Below are positions 43,038-53,222 of a stretch of DNA of 64,000 nucleotides, piece by piece (position 1 is the first letter of the stretch; each line of letters opens with the position of its first letter). Under the pieces are notes generated by a model. It saw only the letters and a program-made list of their open reading frames with translations. It made no database searches and was not told where the DNA came from. A program made the position numbers and the translations under genes. This DNA is from Puia sp. Lineage in GTDB: Bacteria; Bacteroidota; Bacteroidia; Chitinophagales; Chitinophagaceae. The stretch spans positions 8,151 through 72,150 of the forward strand of contig DASYEB010000040.1 of the NCBI GenBank assembly GCA_036499285.1. The letters run 5' to 3'.

Positions 43038-45917
43038 TTATTTTGAGGGGCGTAATTCGTCCTTTAAAAATTTAGCGGTGAAACTTTCTTTGTTTTTGAT
43101 CAATTCCTCCGGTGTGCCCTCGAAGAGTATCCTGCCGCCGCCATCTCCCCCTTCGGGTCCCAGGTCTATAATATGATCGGCAACCTTGATCACGTCGAGG
43201 TTATGCTCGATGACGAGAACGGTATTTCCCCTGTTGACCAGTTTGTTAAGCACGTCAAGCAGGTGGCGGATATCTTCAAAGTGAAGGCCGGTGGTCGGTT
43301 CGTCGAGAATATAAAAGGTCTTCCCCGTATCCTTCTTACCCAGCTCTGTACCCAGCTTTACCCGCTGGGCTTCACCCCCGCTGAGGGTTACAGCCGACTG
43401 ACCCAGTGTGATATACCCCAATCCTACTTCCTCCAGGACTTTGATCTTGCGGTAGATGTACGGGACATTCTGGAAGAATTCGACGGCTTCTTCGACGGTC
43501 ATGTCCAGCACATCACTGATGGATTTGCCTTTGTAGCGGATCTCGAGGGTCTCGCGGTTATAGCGTTTGCCGTTGCATTTTTCACAGTGAACGTATACGT
43601 CGGGGAGGAAGTTCATTTCAATGACCCGCATGCCGCCGCCCTCACAGACATCACAACGGCCGCTTTTGACATTGAAAGAGAACCGGCCTGCATTGTAGCC
43701 CCTGATCTTTGCTTCCGGCACGGAGGCGAAGAGAGTGCGAATGTCCGTGAAGAAGCCGCAGTAAGTAGCCGGGTTGCTCCGCGGTGTACGGCCGATGGGC
43801 GACTGGTCGATCTCGATGACCTTGTCGATATTTTCCAGTCCCTTTATGCTTTTGAATTCCAGGGGAGTGACCCGGGAGTTATAAGCATGTTTGCTGAGGA
43901 TGGGATAGAGTGTCTCATTGATGAGCGTACTTTTGCCGCTGCCGCTGACCCCCGAGATGACAATAAATTCACCCAGCGGGAATTTTGCATCGACATTTTT
44001 CAGGTTATTGCCCTTTGCACCTTTCAGCTCCAGGAATTTTCCATTTCCCTTTCTTCTTTCTGCAGGCACTTCGATCCTTCGGTGGCCATTGAGATAGGAA
44101 GAGGTAAGGGTGTCCAGCTTTAATAAAGCGGGCGGCCGGCCCTGGGCGACAATGCGTCCTCCGTGAAAGCCTGCTTTTGGACCGATGTCCACCAGGTAGT
44201 CTGCGGCCATCATAATGTCCTTATCATGCTCTACCACCAGGACGCTGTTGCCGATGTCCCTGAGATTCTTCAGGGCCTGGATCAGCTGGTGATTGTCCCG
44301 CTGGTGCAGGCCGATGCTGGGCTCGTCGAGAATATAGGTGATACCCTGCAGCTGCGAGCCGATCTGGGTGGCCAGGCGGATCCGCTGGGATTCGCCGCCG
44401 CTGAGAGTTCTCGAAGACCTGTTGAGGGTAAGATAGGTAAGGCCAACATCTGACAGGAATCGAAGACGTTCGCGGATTTCCTTCAGAATATCTTTGGCAA
44501 TAATATTCTGTTTGTTGTTGAGCTTCTTTTCGACTCCATCAAACCACTCCACCAGCTTGTTGAGATTCATAGCGCTCAGCTCGGCAATGTTCTTCTCTCC
44601 TACTTTAAACCAGAGGCTTTCCTTACGAAGACGCGCGCCGCCGCATGTTTCGCAGGTCCTTAGTTCCATAAATTTCTCGACCCATTCCCGGAGGGAGTCG
44701 GTCGTCCCGCCGGAGAACCAGCGTTTCAGGGCATTGATGATCCCTTCGTATTCAGCAGCGTAGATCTGGCCCGGAGCGGCATTTTCATCATAGTCCAGGT
44801 CCAGCGAGGTCTCGCCTGCTTCCGTACCATATAGCACGACGTTCAGCGCCTTTTTTGGCATGTCACCGATCGGGGTGTCAAGGCTGAACTTATTTTTCTT
44901 CGCTATTTGCTGTACTTGTTTAAACATGTAAGCTTCCCGTTCCTCACCCAGCGGAGCGATGCCCCCTTCATTGATACTTTTTGCCGGGTCGGGGATGATG
45001 GCATCCATGCTTATCTGGTACACAGCCCCGAGTCCTTTACAGGTGGGACAGGCGCCATAAGGCGAGTTGAAGGAAAAGCTATTGGGCGAAGGCTCTTCGT
45101 AGCTGATGCCGGAGTCTTCGCACATCAGCTGCTTGCTGTACTGCAGGACCTTATTGTCGTCGTTCAGCAGAAGGAACAGCAGGTCTTTTCCCATCTGCAA
45201 TGCTTTCTGGACGCTCTGGGCAAGACGGACCTTCATGTCCTCGGTGACAGCCAGCCTGTCGATAACGACCTCGATGTCGTGGATCTTATACCGATCGACC
45301 TGCATCTTTGCAACGAGGTCTTTTACTTCGCCGTCGACCCGCACCTTCAGATAGCCTTTTTTACGGATGTCTTCGAAGAGCTCCCGGTAATGCCCTTTAC
45401 GTCCCCTTACGATGGGAGCAAGGATGGAGATCTTTTTATTTTTGAATTTCTTAAAGACATTTTCAACAATTTCTTCCTCGCTGAATTTGATCATCTTCTT
45501 ACCGGTATTGTAAGAATGCGCTTCTCCTATACGGGCATATAAAAGGCGAAGGAAGTCATAGATCTCGGTGACCGTGCCAACCGTACTGCGGGGATTCTTG
45601 TTGGTCGTCTTTTGCTCGATCGAGATGACCGGACTGAGGCCGGTGATCTTGTCTACGTCCGGCCTTTCCATGTCGCCAATGAATTGGCGGGCATAGGCTC
45701 CAAAACTTTCCATATACCGCCGCTGACCCTCGGCATAGATCGTGTCGAAAGCAAGAGAAGACTTACCGCTGCCGCTAATGCCCGTGATGACCACGAGCTG
45801 GTTTTTCGGGATGCGGATGTCGATGTTTTTCAGGTTGTGTACCCGTGCTCCGGATACGTCGATAGTCTCTTCGCCGGGTTGGAGGCCGGTGTCCCCATAA
45901 TTCACAGATATCTCCAT
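43038..45917 (-). CDS. uvrA: Excinuclease ABC subunit A
   Basis: GARVHNLKN, two Walker A motifs (GISGSGKS, GVSGSGKS), two LSGGE signatures, zinc-finger CxxC pairs. Confidence 0.98.
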   Translation of the reverse strand: MEISVNYGDTGLQPGEETIDVSGARVHNLKNIDIRIPKNQLVVITGISGSGKSSLAFDTIYAEGQRRYMESFGAYARQFIGDMERPDVDKITGLSPVISIEQKTTNKNPRSTVGTVTEIYDFLRLLYARIGEAHSYNTGKKMIKFSEEEIVENVFKKFKNKKISILAPIVRGRKGHYRELFEDIRKKGYLKVRVDGEVKDLVAKMQVDRYKIHDIEVVIDRLAVTEDMKVRLAQSVQKALQMGKDLLFLLLNDDNKVLQYSKQLMCEDSGISYEEPSPNSFSFNSPYGACPTCKGLGAVYQISMDAIIPDPAKSINEGGIAPLGEEREAYMFKQVQQIAKKNKFSLDTPIGDMPKKALNVVLYGTEAGETSLDLDYDENAAPGQIYAAEYEGIINALKRWFSGGTTDSLREWVEKFMELRTCETCGGARLRKESLWFKVGEKNIAELSAMNLNKLVEWFDGVEKKLNNKQNIIAKDILKEIRERLRFLSDVGLTYLTLNRSSRTLSGGESQRIRLATQIGSQLQGITYILDEPSIGLHQRDNHQLIQALKNLRDIGNSVLVVEHDKDIMMAADYLVDIGPKAGFHGGRIVAQGRPPALLKLDTLTSSYLNGHRRIEVPAERRKGNGKFLELKGAKGNNLKNVDAKFPLGEFIVISGVSGSGKSTLINETLYPILSKHAYNSRVTPLEFKSIKGLENIDKVIEIDQSPIGRTPRSNPATYCGFFTDIRTLFASVPEAKIRGYNAGRFSFNVKSGRCDVCEGGGMRVIEMNFLPDVYVHCEKCNGKRYNRETLEIRYKGKSISDVLDMTVEEAVEFFQNVPYIYRKIKVLEEVGLGYITLGQSAVTLSGGEAQRVKLGTELGKKDTGKTFYILDEPTTGLHFEDIRHLLDVLNKLVNRGNTVLVIEHNLDVIKVADHIIDLGPEGGDGGGRILFEGTPEELIKNKESFTAKFLKDELRPSK

Positions 45918-46012
45918 AATATTTCATTCTGGACTCCGTCCAGTTTACGCTAAGTTAAGAATAACAAGCAAAATGCTACAAAAGTTGGCAAAAGAGAGCT
46001 ATAAATTAATAA

Positions 46013-46033
46013 GGCCGGGAATAAATCCCGGCC
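46013..46033 (-). terminator. Intrinsic terminator after the DUF4382-like gene
   Basis: GGCCGGGA-ataaa-TCCCGGCC followed on the minus strand by TTATTAATTT. Confidence 0.75.
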
Positions 46034-46062
46034 CTATCTAAGGTTAAATGATTATGGATGAA

Positions 46063-46950
46063 CTATTTATGCAAAGTTATGGTCGGAAGCTTGACCACCT
46101 TCGTGGAGTCTACTTTGATATTGGCAAGGGTAGTATCCTGGTAGCCGCCGCGTCCTTTGAAGTTGACCGAGTAGGTACCGGCAGGTACGCCGCGGAACTG
46201 GTACTGGCCATTCCAGAAGGGGACAGCATAGAGGGTGTCGGTCGAATTGTAGGCCGTGACAAGGGCGGCAGCGCCGGAAGGTAATACCTGGCCCTGGACT
46301 TTTGCGGTGACCTGGTCATTGAATACAACGAGATAGGGCTTCAGCAGGAATTCCCCGTTCCAGAATACGACAGATTTGGAGAGATTGAAATCAAGCCAGA
46401 GCTTGAAGTCGTTGCTGGCGAGGGAGGCCACGTTAACCCTGCTGACATTAACTGTAAAATAAGGATTTGGACCAAAGACTTCGAGTGGATAGGATGTCGT
46501 GCTGTCCGTGAAGATAGTGTTGTCCGAGCCAAGAGTTATTTTAAGCTTCAGGATCTTACCGCTGGGGAATTGACCCGATGCAAGCAGTGTATCAGCGCCA
46601 TTGCGCAGCTGGAGCAGGTCATATACGCCGGGTGTGATGCTCAGCGTATCCCAGATAACTGACTTGTTGGATTTGTCCCGATGCCAGCCGCAGTAGTTGT
46701 CATCCCATTGGTCGTCATGGTCCTGGCCGCTTTGCTGGTCGGCCGTGTCGATCTGAACGGCCACCTGGCGAATGTCGATAAGTACTTTTGTGAACTGGAC
46801 AGGTCCGTCCATCATGTACAGGGAGAGCCGGGATTGTCCGGCCGGAATACTGGAATTGGTGTTGGAGGAGTTGTTCTTGTTGCAAGCAAATACGAGGAGT
46901 ACGGCTGTGACGCTGCTGGCAGCTGTCAGCCACTTGGTTACCGTTTTCAT
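46063..46950 (-). CDS. DUF4382-like lipoprotein with C-terminal carboxypeptidase-regulatory-like beta domain
   Basis: Lipobox VFAC; LYMMDGP...VLIDI, GVYDLLQLRNG, LWLDFNLSKSV. Confidence 0.7.
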   Translation of the reverse strand: MKTVTKWLTAASSVTAVLLVFACNKNNSSNTNSSIPAGQSRLSLYMMDGPVQFTKVLIDIRQVAVQIDTADQQSGQDHDDQWDDNYCGWHRDKSNKSVIWDTLSITPGVYDLLQLRNGADTLLASGQFPSGKILKLKITLGSDNTIFTDSTTSYPLEVFGPNPYFTVNVSRVNVASLASNDFKLWLDFNLSKSVVFWNGEFLLKPYLVVFNDQVTAKVQGQVLPSGAAALVTAYNSTDTLYAVPFWNGQYQFRGVPAGTYSVNFKGRGGYQDTTLANIKVDSTKVVKLPTITLHK

Positions 46951-47082
46951 GTTTGTGTAGTTTTATAGGTAGAGATACTGCATCGTATGAAAGATGGTTG
47001 CCAAAAATCATTCCAAAAATGCGTTATCAGTCTGTTAAGCCCGGTGAAGCCGGAGGCGTAATCAAAATTTTTCACCACCAAA

Positions 47083-47115
47083 TTTGGAAATATGGAAACC
47101 CTGTTGTTATCTTTG
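47083..47115 (+). promoter_or_regulatory. Bacteroidota housekeeping-sigma promoter of the met operon
   Basis: TTTG at 47083-47086 (-33) and TATCTTTG at 47108-47115 (-7 consensus TAnnTTTG), 21-nt spacer, about 20 nt upstream of the riboswitch. Confidence 0.7.
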
Positions 47116-47132
47116 TCCCAGTTCTTACAACA

Positions 47133-47258
47133 TCTCTTATCAAGAAAGGCTGAGGGAAATGGCCCAAAGAAGCCTTGACAACCTGCATTCGGTTACGGAA
47201 GTAATCGTATGTAAGGTGCCAACTCCATCCCGATGGAATATCGGGACAGATAAGTCAG
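47133..47258 (+). promoter_or_regulatory. SAM-I riboswitch aptamer
   Basis: P1 CTTATC/GATAAG, AAGA, kink-turn GCTGAGGGA..GGCCC, CAACC...AAGGTGCCAACTCC core, P4 CCCGAT/ATCGGG; upstream of methionine-pathway genes. Confidence 0.93.
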
Positions 47259-47306
47259 ATTCCGGCTTGACAATATTGCAGAACTACATTCAAAGCATAT
47301 TCGAAG

Positions 47307-47337
47307 CTCTTCTGACGAATCAGAAGAGTTTTTTTTT
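47307..47337 (+). terminator. Riboswitch expression-platform terminator
   Basis: CTCTTCTGA-cgaa-TCAGAAGAG followed by T9. The 5' arm can alternatively pair with GTCAGA (47254-47259) next to P1. Confidence 0.88.
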
Positions 47338-47442
47338 GCCTGTCCGGGTATAACCCAACCCTCCATGGCGAAATTCTCTTCTGATGGCATTGGTAAGTGG
47401 TGTCGCTGAACAATTTTAGTTAACAATTAAAATCTGTTTATC

Positions 47443-48642
47443 ATGCAAGCGACAACACAACTCATTCACAGCATTCCTGTTGATCCTTTAACCGGCGCGG
47501 TGTCCGTGCCTATTTACCAAACCTCTACATTCGTGCAGGATGCACCGGGTGTCAACAAAGGTTATGATTATGCCCGGACGGGCAATCCAACACGAGCCGT
47601 CCTCGAGGACCTGGCTGCACAGCTGGAAGGCGGCAGCACCGGAGCGGCTTTTGCCAGCGGCCTGGCGGCTATAGACGCAGTGCTCAAGCTCCTGCAATCC
47701 GGAGATGAGGTTATTGCGGTGGATGACATTTACGGGGGCGCATTTCGTCTTTTCGAGCAGGTGTATAAGAAGTTCGGTATTACGGTGCATTACGTCGACA
47801 CGACAAATCCTTCAGCCGTGTTTCACGCGCTGACGCCGAAGACAAAGCTTATCTGGATCGAGACACCGACCAACCCCACCTTAAAGATCACGGATATCAG
47901 GGCTATTTCAAAGATCGCCAGGGCGCACAAGTGTCTGCTTGCCGTGGACAATACCTTTGCTTCGCCGGCTCTGCAGCAGCCTTTGCTGCTTGGCGCCGAC
48001 CTCGTGGTTCATTCGGGTACCAAGTACCTGGGCGGCCATAGCGATCTTATCGCCGGTCTCGTGGTGACAGCAGACCCTGAGCTGGGACAGAAGATCAAAT
48101 TCCTTCAAAATGCAAGCGGAGCTATTCTTGGACCGTTTGACAGCTGGCTGCTGATCCGGGGTATTGAGACCCTGCATCTGCGGGTAAGACAGCATAGTGC
48201 GAGCGCAAGGGCTATCGCCGCCTTCCTGGAACAGCATCCTGCCGTCGGCAAGGTCTATTATCCGGGCTTGGCGACACACCCGGGACACGCCATTGCCGCA
48301 TCCCAATCAAAAGGTTTTGGAGGGATTGTCTCCTTCTCGCTGAAAGAAGACACTATTGAGGCCGCGACAGCCTTCGTGACGTCGACAGGCTTGTTCAAGC
48401 TGGCAGAAAGCCTGGGCGGCATCAAGAGCCTGTTGTCCCATCCGGCGCAAATGACGCATAAGACGATACCGGCGGAAAGACGCAAGGCGGCGGGGATAAG
48501 TGATGGCCTGATACGGCTGTCCGTGGGATTAGAAGATACCGAGGACCTGATAGAAGACCTGCGGCTGTCGCTGGATAGGATCGGGACGGGGAAAAGACCC
48601 GCTGAACTGAAACGGTCAAGAATTGTTATAGAAACAAATTAA
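47443..48642 (+). CDS. PLP-dependent transsulfuration enzyme (cystathionine gamma-synthase/lyase family)
   Basis: YDYARTGNPT, FASGLAA, IETPTNP, VDNTFASP, HSGTKYLGGHSD (PLP Lys), AESLGG, IRLSVGLE. MetB versus MetC/CGL cannot be resolved from motifs. Confidence 0.93.
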   Translation: MQATTQLIHSIPVDPLTGAVSVPIYQTSTFVQDAPGVNKGYDYARTGNPTRAVLEDLAAQLEGGSTGAAFASGLAAIDAVLKLLQSGDEVIAVDDIYGGAFRLFEQVYKKFGITVHYVDTTNPSAVFHALTPKTKLIWIETPTNPTLKITDIRAISKIARAHKCLLAVDNTFASPALQQPLLLGADLVVHSGTKYLGGHSDLIAGLVVTADPELGQKIKFLQNASGAILGPFDSWLLIRGIETLHLRVRQHSASARAIAAFLEQHPAVGKVYYPGLATHPGHAIAASQSKGFGGIVSFSLKEDTIEAATAFVTSTGLFKLAESLGGIKSLLSHPAQMTHKTIPAERRKAAGISDGLIRLSVGLEDTEDLIEDLRLSLDRIGTGKRPAELKRSRIVIETN

Positions 48643-48658
48643 ACAACACATACAAACA

Positions 48659-49912
48659 ATGGAAACACACAAGCAGCTTACCATCGGGCTCTTTGGGTTT
48701 GGCGTAGTCGGGGAAGGGTTGTATAAGGTATTACAACAGACTCCCTCATTAAAGGCATCTATCAAAAAAGTATGTATAAAGAATCCCGGTAAAAAAAGGG
48801 ACGCACCCGACGATCTGTTCACAACAGAAAGGGACGCCATTTTAAATGATCCGTCTATCAATGTGATCGTAGAGGTAATAAATGAGTCAGGACCGGCATT
48901 CGAGATCGTGTCAACGGCATTGAAGAACGGAAAGTCCGTAGTCAGCGCGAGCAAGAAAATGATAGCCGAGCATTTGCCGGAGCTCCTGGAGCTACAGAAA
49001 CAAACAGGAGAATCTTTTTTATATGAGTCGGCTGCCTGTGCTTCCATTCCCGTTATACGTAACCTGGAGGAATATTATGACAATGACCTCCTGCATTCCA
49101 TAAAAGCCATTGTGAACGGCAGCACAAATTTTATACTGACGAAGATGTTCGAAGAGAAGCTGGGATTCCGGGAGGCATTGCTGCTGGCCCAGGAGCTGGG
49201 GTTTGCGGAAAGTGATCCTTCCCTCGACGTAGAAGGATATGACGCCGCCAACAAGTGGACCTTCTTACTGACCCACGCCTATGGCATTGTTGAAAAGACA
49301 AAGAACCTGGTGTTTACCGGCATCCAGTTCGTACAGGCCGGAGACGCCGAAGTAGCCCGGGAAAAACATTACGATATCAAGCTGGTAGCACAGGCTAAGA
49401 AGCTGGAGAACGGGAAGGTGGCGGCTTTTGTTCTGCCACAGTTCATTAAGCAGGACGACCACCTGGCCTTTGTTAAAAATGAATACAACGGAGTGGTGAT
49501 CGAGAGTGGATTTGCCGACAAGCAATTCTTCTACGGCAAGGGGGCAGGGTCCTTCCCTACCGCCAGCGCCGTGCTGAGTGACCTTTCCGCGCTGCGTTAT
49601 CAGTACAAATACGAATATAAAAAGCTATATCACCATACGCCGCATGAGCTGACCAACGAATTTTATGTGAGGGTGTACCTGAGCTTTGATGACTGGAAGC
49701 ATATTCCCAGGGACAGGTTCGAGTGGATCGAGGAATGGCATGCCGAGAGTGATAGAAAATACCTGGTTGGAGTCATCCATTTCCGGGAAATAAAAGAAGG
49801 CAGATGGTGGAAGGAGAATAATACTTCGCTTTTGCTGACACCGGATCCCATTATAGAAGACGCGGAAGTGCGCAGGCTGAAAAAGAAGAGACTGGAGCTG
49901 CAGGTTAATTAA
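48659..49912 (+). CDS. hom: Homoserine dehydrogenase
   Basis: IGLFGFGVVG, NGSTNFIL, AQELGFAESDP..DVEGYDAA.K, GKGAG..PTASAV. Confidence 0.93.
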   Translation: METHKQLTIGLFGFGVVGEGLYKVLQQTPSLKASIKKVCIKNPGKKRDAPDDLFTTERDAILNDPSINVIVEVINESGPAFEIVSTALKNGKSVVSASKKMIAEHLPELLELQKQTGESFLYESAACASIPVIRNLEEYYDNDLLHSIKAIVNGSTNFILTKMFEEKLGFREALLLAQELGFAESDPSLDVEGYDAANKWTFLLTHAYGIVEKTKNLVFTGIQFVQAGDAEVAREKHYDIKLVAQAKKLENGKVAAFVLPQFIKQDDHLAFVKNEYNGVVIESGFADKQFFYGKGAGSFPTASAVLSDLSALRYQYKYEYKKLYHHTPHELTNEFYVRVYLSFDDWKHIPRDRFEWIEEWHAESDRKYLVGVIHFREIKEGRWWKENNTSLLLTPDPIIEDAEVRRLKKKRLELQVN

Positions 49913-49923
49913 CCCGCACCGGA

Positions 49924-51699
49924 TCAGACATCGGAGCGGGTCTCTTCTTTTTGGTGACGCCACATTTCCTGGAAGATAGGGTTGTGGTCGCGAAGGTCTT
50001 CAAAGCTGCCTTCCGCAACGATGCCGCCCTGGTGAAGGATGTAGACATAGTCGAAACGGGCGAGCAGGTGCAGGCGGTGGATGGATGAGATAATAGCCTT
50101 GTCAGAGAAGGCTTTGAAGAGGCCTTCGTATATCAGCGCTTCAGTGCGGGGGTCGACGCTGCTGGTAGGTTCGTCGAGAAGGATCAGGTCACTGTCACGG
50201 GCGGCGAGAATACCACGCGCCAGCGCAAGCCGTTGTTTCTGACCACCGGAAAGGTTGACGCCCTTTTCCCGGATGTCCGATTGCAGTCCCAGGGGCAGCT
50301 GGTGGATGACTTCTGTTAAATGGGCGCTGTTGCAGACCTGGCGGATTTCCTCTTCGGAGAAAGGAAGTCCAAGGGTGATGTTATAAGCAAGAGTGTTCTC
50401 GAATATTTCCGGTTCCTGGGGGAAAAGAGTGACGGTTTCGTTGAGCTGATCGAGGGATTCGGTATCCCCATCCACCCGGAGTGTGAAACCCGGTTCAGGA
50501 ATATAGAGGCCGCGCAGCAGGGCCAGAAGAGTACTTTTCCCGCTGCCGCTTTCCCCGACAAGGGCTATCCGCTGCCCACGACGGATGGTCAGGTGAAGGT
50601 CGTGCAGACTTTGGGCGCGACGGGTCGTATCATATGATTCATTGTAGGTGAAATTCAGCCGGCTTATATCGATGGTTCGCCAGTTGGCAGGAAGAGCGTC
50701 GGGGCGGTCCGCGCGGTGTTGTTCCGCATAGGCCTCGCTGATGACAGAGGCAGTCTGGACATAGGTATTGAATTGTACGATGTCTGTATATTGCCAGGCG
50801 ATGTCCTGGAATACACTGGTGAACTGGTTGACATAGCCCAGCAGGGTAACAAGGCTTCCCACAAGGAAGAGCTTGTCCGGGGTCCAGTGCTGAAAGACAT
50901 ACCCGAGCGTAATGGTTGCATAGATACAGACGATAAGCATTTCGGCACAAAACCACTTCCATTCATTGATCAGCGCACTCTTACGAAAAGGGCTGAAGAT
51001 ATGGCTCACCTTATTCATCAGACCCGACTCCATGCTTTTTTCCAGCCGCAGAGTAATAACGGTCATTATATTGGAAAGGCTGTCAAACAGGGTGGCGGAA
51101 ACTGTATGTTCTCTTTCGTTGACCTCATCCAGCGCCTTTATAAAAGGTTTATCAAAATTCCGGATGATAAAAATAGTAAAGACGCCCATACAGATCGCAA
51201 TGCTTCCATACAGGGGTGAAAAGTATAACATGGCGGTGACGGACACAAAGAATTTACCCAGGGCATAGACATACAGGAACCCGCGGTCGAAGAATTCACG
51301 GAGAGCCTCATATGCTTTACGAACGCGGTTGATAGTGGCGCCACTATGGTGTTCCTGCTGCCATTTTACGGGGAGATGCAGCACCTGGTGATATTTTTCC
51401 TGCAGGAAATTGCGGCTGAGGTGAAAGGCCAGCGAACGTTCCATGATCCGGGCAGGGCCATGAAAACACCACTGAAGAAATTTTATCACAATATAACCGG
51501 CAGCATAACGCATCACATGACGCGGGATATTTGCCGGGTCCTGCACGATCCTGTCGATAAACCAGCCTAAGAGTATGGGATTGAGAGAGTAGGCCAGGTT
51601 TGCCAAAATAAACAGGCAATATACCAGCACATATTTTTTCCTCTCCTTACGGGCATAACGCCAGGCAGTACGAAGCAGAGAGATATAAGGATTGGCCAT
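49924..51699 (-). CDS. Fused ABC exporter (TMD + NBD)
   Basis: Several TM helices, GESGSGKST, LSGGQKQR, LLDEPT, HRL switch. ATG at 51699 preferred. Confidence 0.92.
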   Translation of the reverse strand: MANPYISLLRTAWRYARKERKKYVLVYCLFILANLAYSLNPILLGWFIDRIVQDPANIPRHVMRYAAGYIVIKFLQWCFHGPARIMERSLAFHLSRNFLQEKYHQVLHLPVKWQQEHHSGATINRVRKAYEALREFFDRGFLYVYALGKFFVSVTAMLYFSPLYGSIAICMGVFTIFIIRNFDKPFIKALDEVNEREHTVSATLFDSLSNIMTVITLRLEKSMESGLMNKVSHIFSPFRKSALINEWKWFCAEMLIVCIYATITLGYVFQHWTPDKLFLVGSLVTLLGYVNQFTSVFQDIAWQYTDIVQFNTYVQTASVISEAYAEQHRADRPDALPANWRTIDISRLNFTYNESYDTTRRAQSLHDLHLTIRRGQRIALVGESGSGKSTLLALLRGLYIPEPGFTLRVDGDTESLDQLNETVTLFPQEPEIFENTLAYNITLGLPFSEEEIRQVCNSAHLTEVIHQLPLGLQSDIREKGVNLSGGQKQRLALARGILAARDSDLILLDEPTSSVDPRTEALIYEGLFKAFSDKAIISSIHRLHLLARFDYVYILHQGGIVAEGSFEDLRDHNPIFQEMWRHQKEETRSDV

Positions 51700-51753
51700 C
51701 GAAGCGAATTTGTGACGGCTGCCGGCAACCGGCGTCACCGGCCCGCAAATTTA

Positions 51754-53058
51754 CTAAAATGACTCGTTCAGGTTCAGGAAAAATCCCTTGTTGCCAAATT
51801 TCCCAAATGCGTAGTCCAGCGCCAGGTTTGTGCGCGTAGCCTTATTGAAAAGCACGCGCAGGCCGCCGCCGTAGCCCGGCTGAAATACCTGGAATATTTT
51901 GGTGCCGTGGTCATCATTACCGGTTTGCAGATTTCCGAAAACTACGCCGCTGATAAATTTATTGGCCAGGATAGGAAATCGTAATTCCGCTTCCGTGTCG
52001 TTGAATTGCGTCCCTTTAAAGTATTGGGCCGTATATCCCCTGCCGCTTCGATAGGTTCCGTCTCTGGCCGTGCCGGGTAGTTCAAGAAAGGGTATCGACC
52101 CGCCGAGAAGGTACGAACCCCAGTTCCAAAATGCAAGTACTGTCTCCGGGCTGGCAGTCGATAAGCTAAAGTATTTCCTGAAGTCAGAGGTCAGCTGCGC
52201 CGAGTTCTTTGTACTTCCTATCCAGGTCTGGTTGACCCGGATGCCGGCATCAAAGTAGATCCCTTTGTAGGGTCGGTTTGGATTGTCACGGGAGATGTAT
52301 TCCACATTAAAGAGAAAGCCGTTTGCAGAATAACGATTCTGTGGAAATCCATTCCGGTTGTTGTAGACGCTGGAAGGGGTCGCATTATCGACCGTATCGG
52401 ACAGAGTTATCTGCCTCCTGATCTCAAAGGACATGCCTGCTCCGACAAAAAAATTCTTTCCCACTTTCTTATAGACCTTTTCCCTGATATTGTAATAATG
52501 GGAGTGGATCGGGTAGGCCTTATGTGTAGGATCCGCCAGTACAGAATCTGCGGCGGTCCCACCCTTGATCTTGTTGCCGATGCCAAAACCAAAGTCGGGC
52601 GTTACCGTCTTTGCAGCCACGAGGTTACCCTGGAAATTCCACTTGTTGCCAGGGGTAAACAGGTTATGATTCAAATAAAAATAAATAATCCCTTTAGTGG
52701 TAATAGAAGCAGATGTCGCCGCAACTGAAAAGAGAGTGTTAGGATCATTGCCCAGTCTCCTGCCTGCTACAGCCTTGATCCCCAGCTGCCCCCCGATAGT
52801 GGGATTTGCGGCAACGTTGGGCACAACTGTGATACCCGACTTATTATGTAAAGTATCTGCCTTCTTTTTAGGGTGAAGGATATTCCGCGTCAGATCCCCA
52901 AAATCATATTGCCCGCGGGTGTTCTCAGCCAGCTTTTGGGCTTTTAACGATTTGACACGCAAGGAATCAGCTTTCAGAGAATCGACCGGGACCTGGCTGT
53001 ATGCAACTCCATGTACGACAACAATTAATAGTAAAAATAAACTCCATCTAATGCTCAT
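51754..53058 (-). CDS. BamA/TamA-like (surface antigen) outer-membrane barrel without POTRA domains
   Basis: Signal peptide; GRGY...FKG, EAELRF, GGGLRVLFNK...LALDYAFG and C-terminal NLNESF. Confidence 0.7.
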   Translation of the reverse strand: MSIRWSLFLLLIVVVHGVAYSQVPVDSLKADSLRVKSLKAQKLAENTRGQYDFGDLTRNILHPKKKADTLHNKSGITVVPNVAANPTIGGQLGIKAVAGRRLGNDPNTLFSVAATSASITTKGIIYFYLNHNLFTPGNKWNFQGNLVAAKTVTPDFGFGIGNKIKGGTAADSVLADPTHKAYPIHSHYYNIREKVYKKVGKNFFVGAGMSFEIRRQITLSDTVDNATPSSVYNNRNGFPQNRYSANGFLFNVEYISRDNPNRPYKGIYFDAGIRVNQTWIGSTKNSAQLTSDFRKYFSLSTASPETVLAFWNWGSYLLGGSIPFLELPGTARDGTYRSGRGYTAQYFKGTQFNDTEAELRFPILANKFISGVVFGNLQTGNDDHGTKIFQVFQPGYGGGLRVLFNKATRTNLALDYAFGKFGNKGFFLNLNESF

Positions 53059-53222
53059 GAATTTGATTGCTCTAACGAATTAAAAAAATGTGCTATAGTT
53101 CTTCTGTCCGTAAATAACACAAACCTTGTTCCTTATTGTTCCGGGGAAGGAAATCTTTTCCTTAGGGCTGTTTTGACCGTATTAAGGCGTAAAATTAAGA
53201 ATCTGTAGATAATTTGACTGAA

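Noticed and set aside
43173-44123. 316-aa + strand ORF
   Set aside because: Antisense shadow of uvrA.
49912-49941. Imperfect hairpin between the convergent hom and ABC genes
   Set aside because: Bulged stem overlapping coding sequence with no U-tract; too weak to call a terminator.
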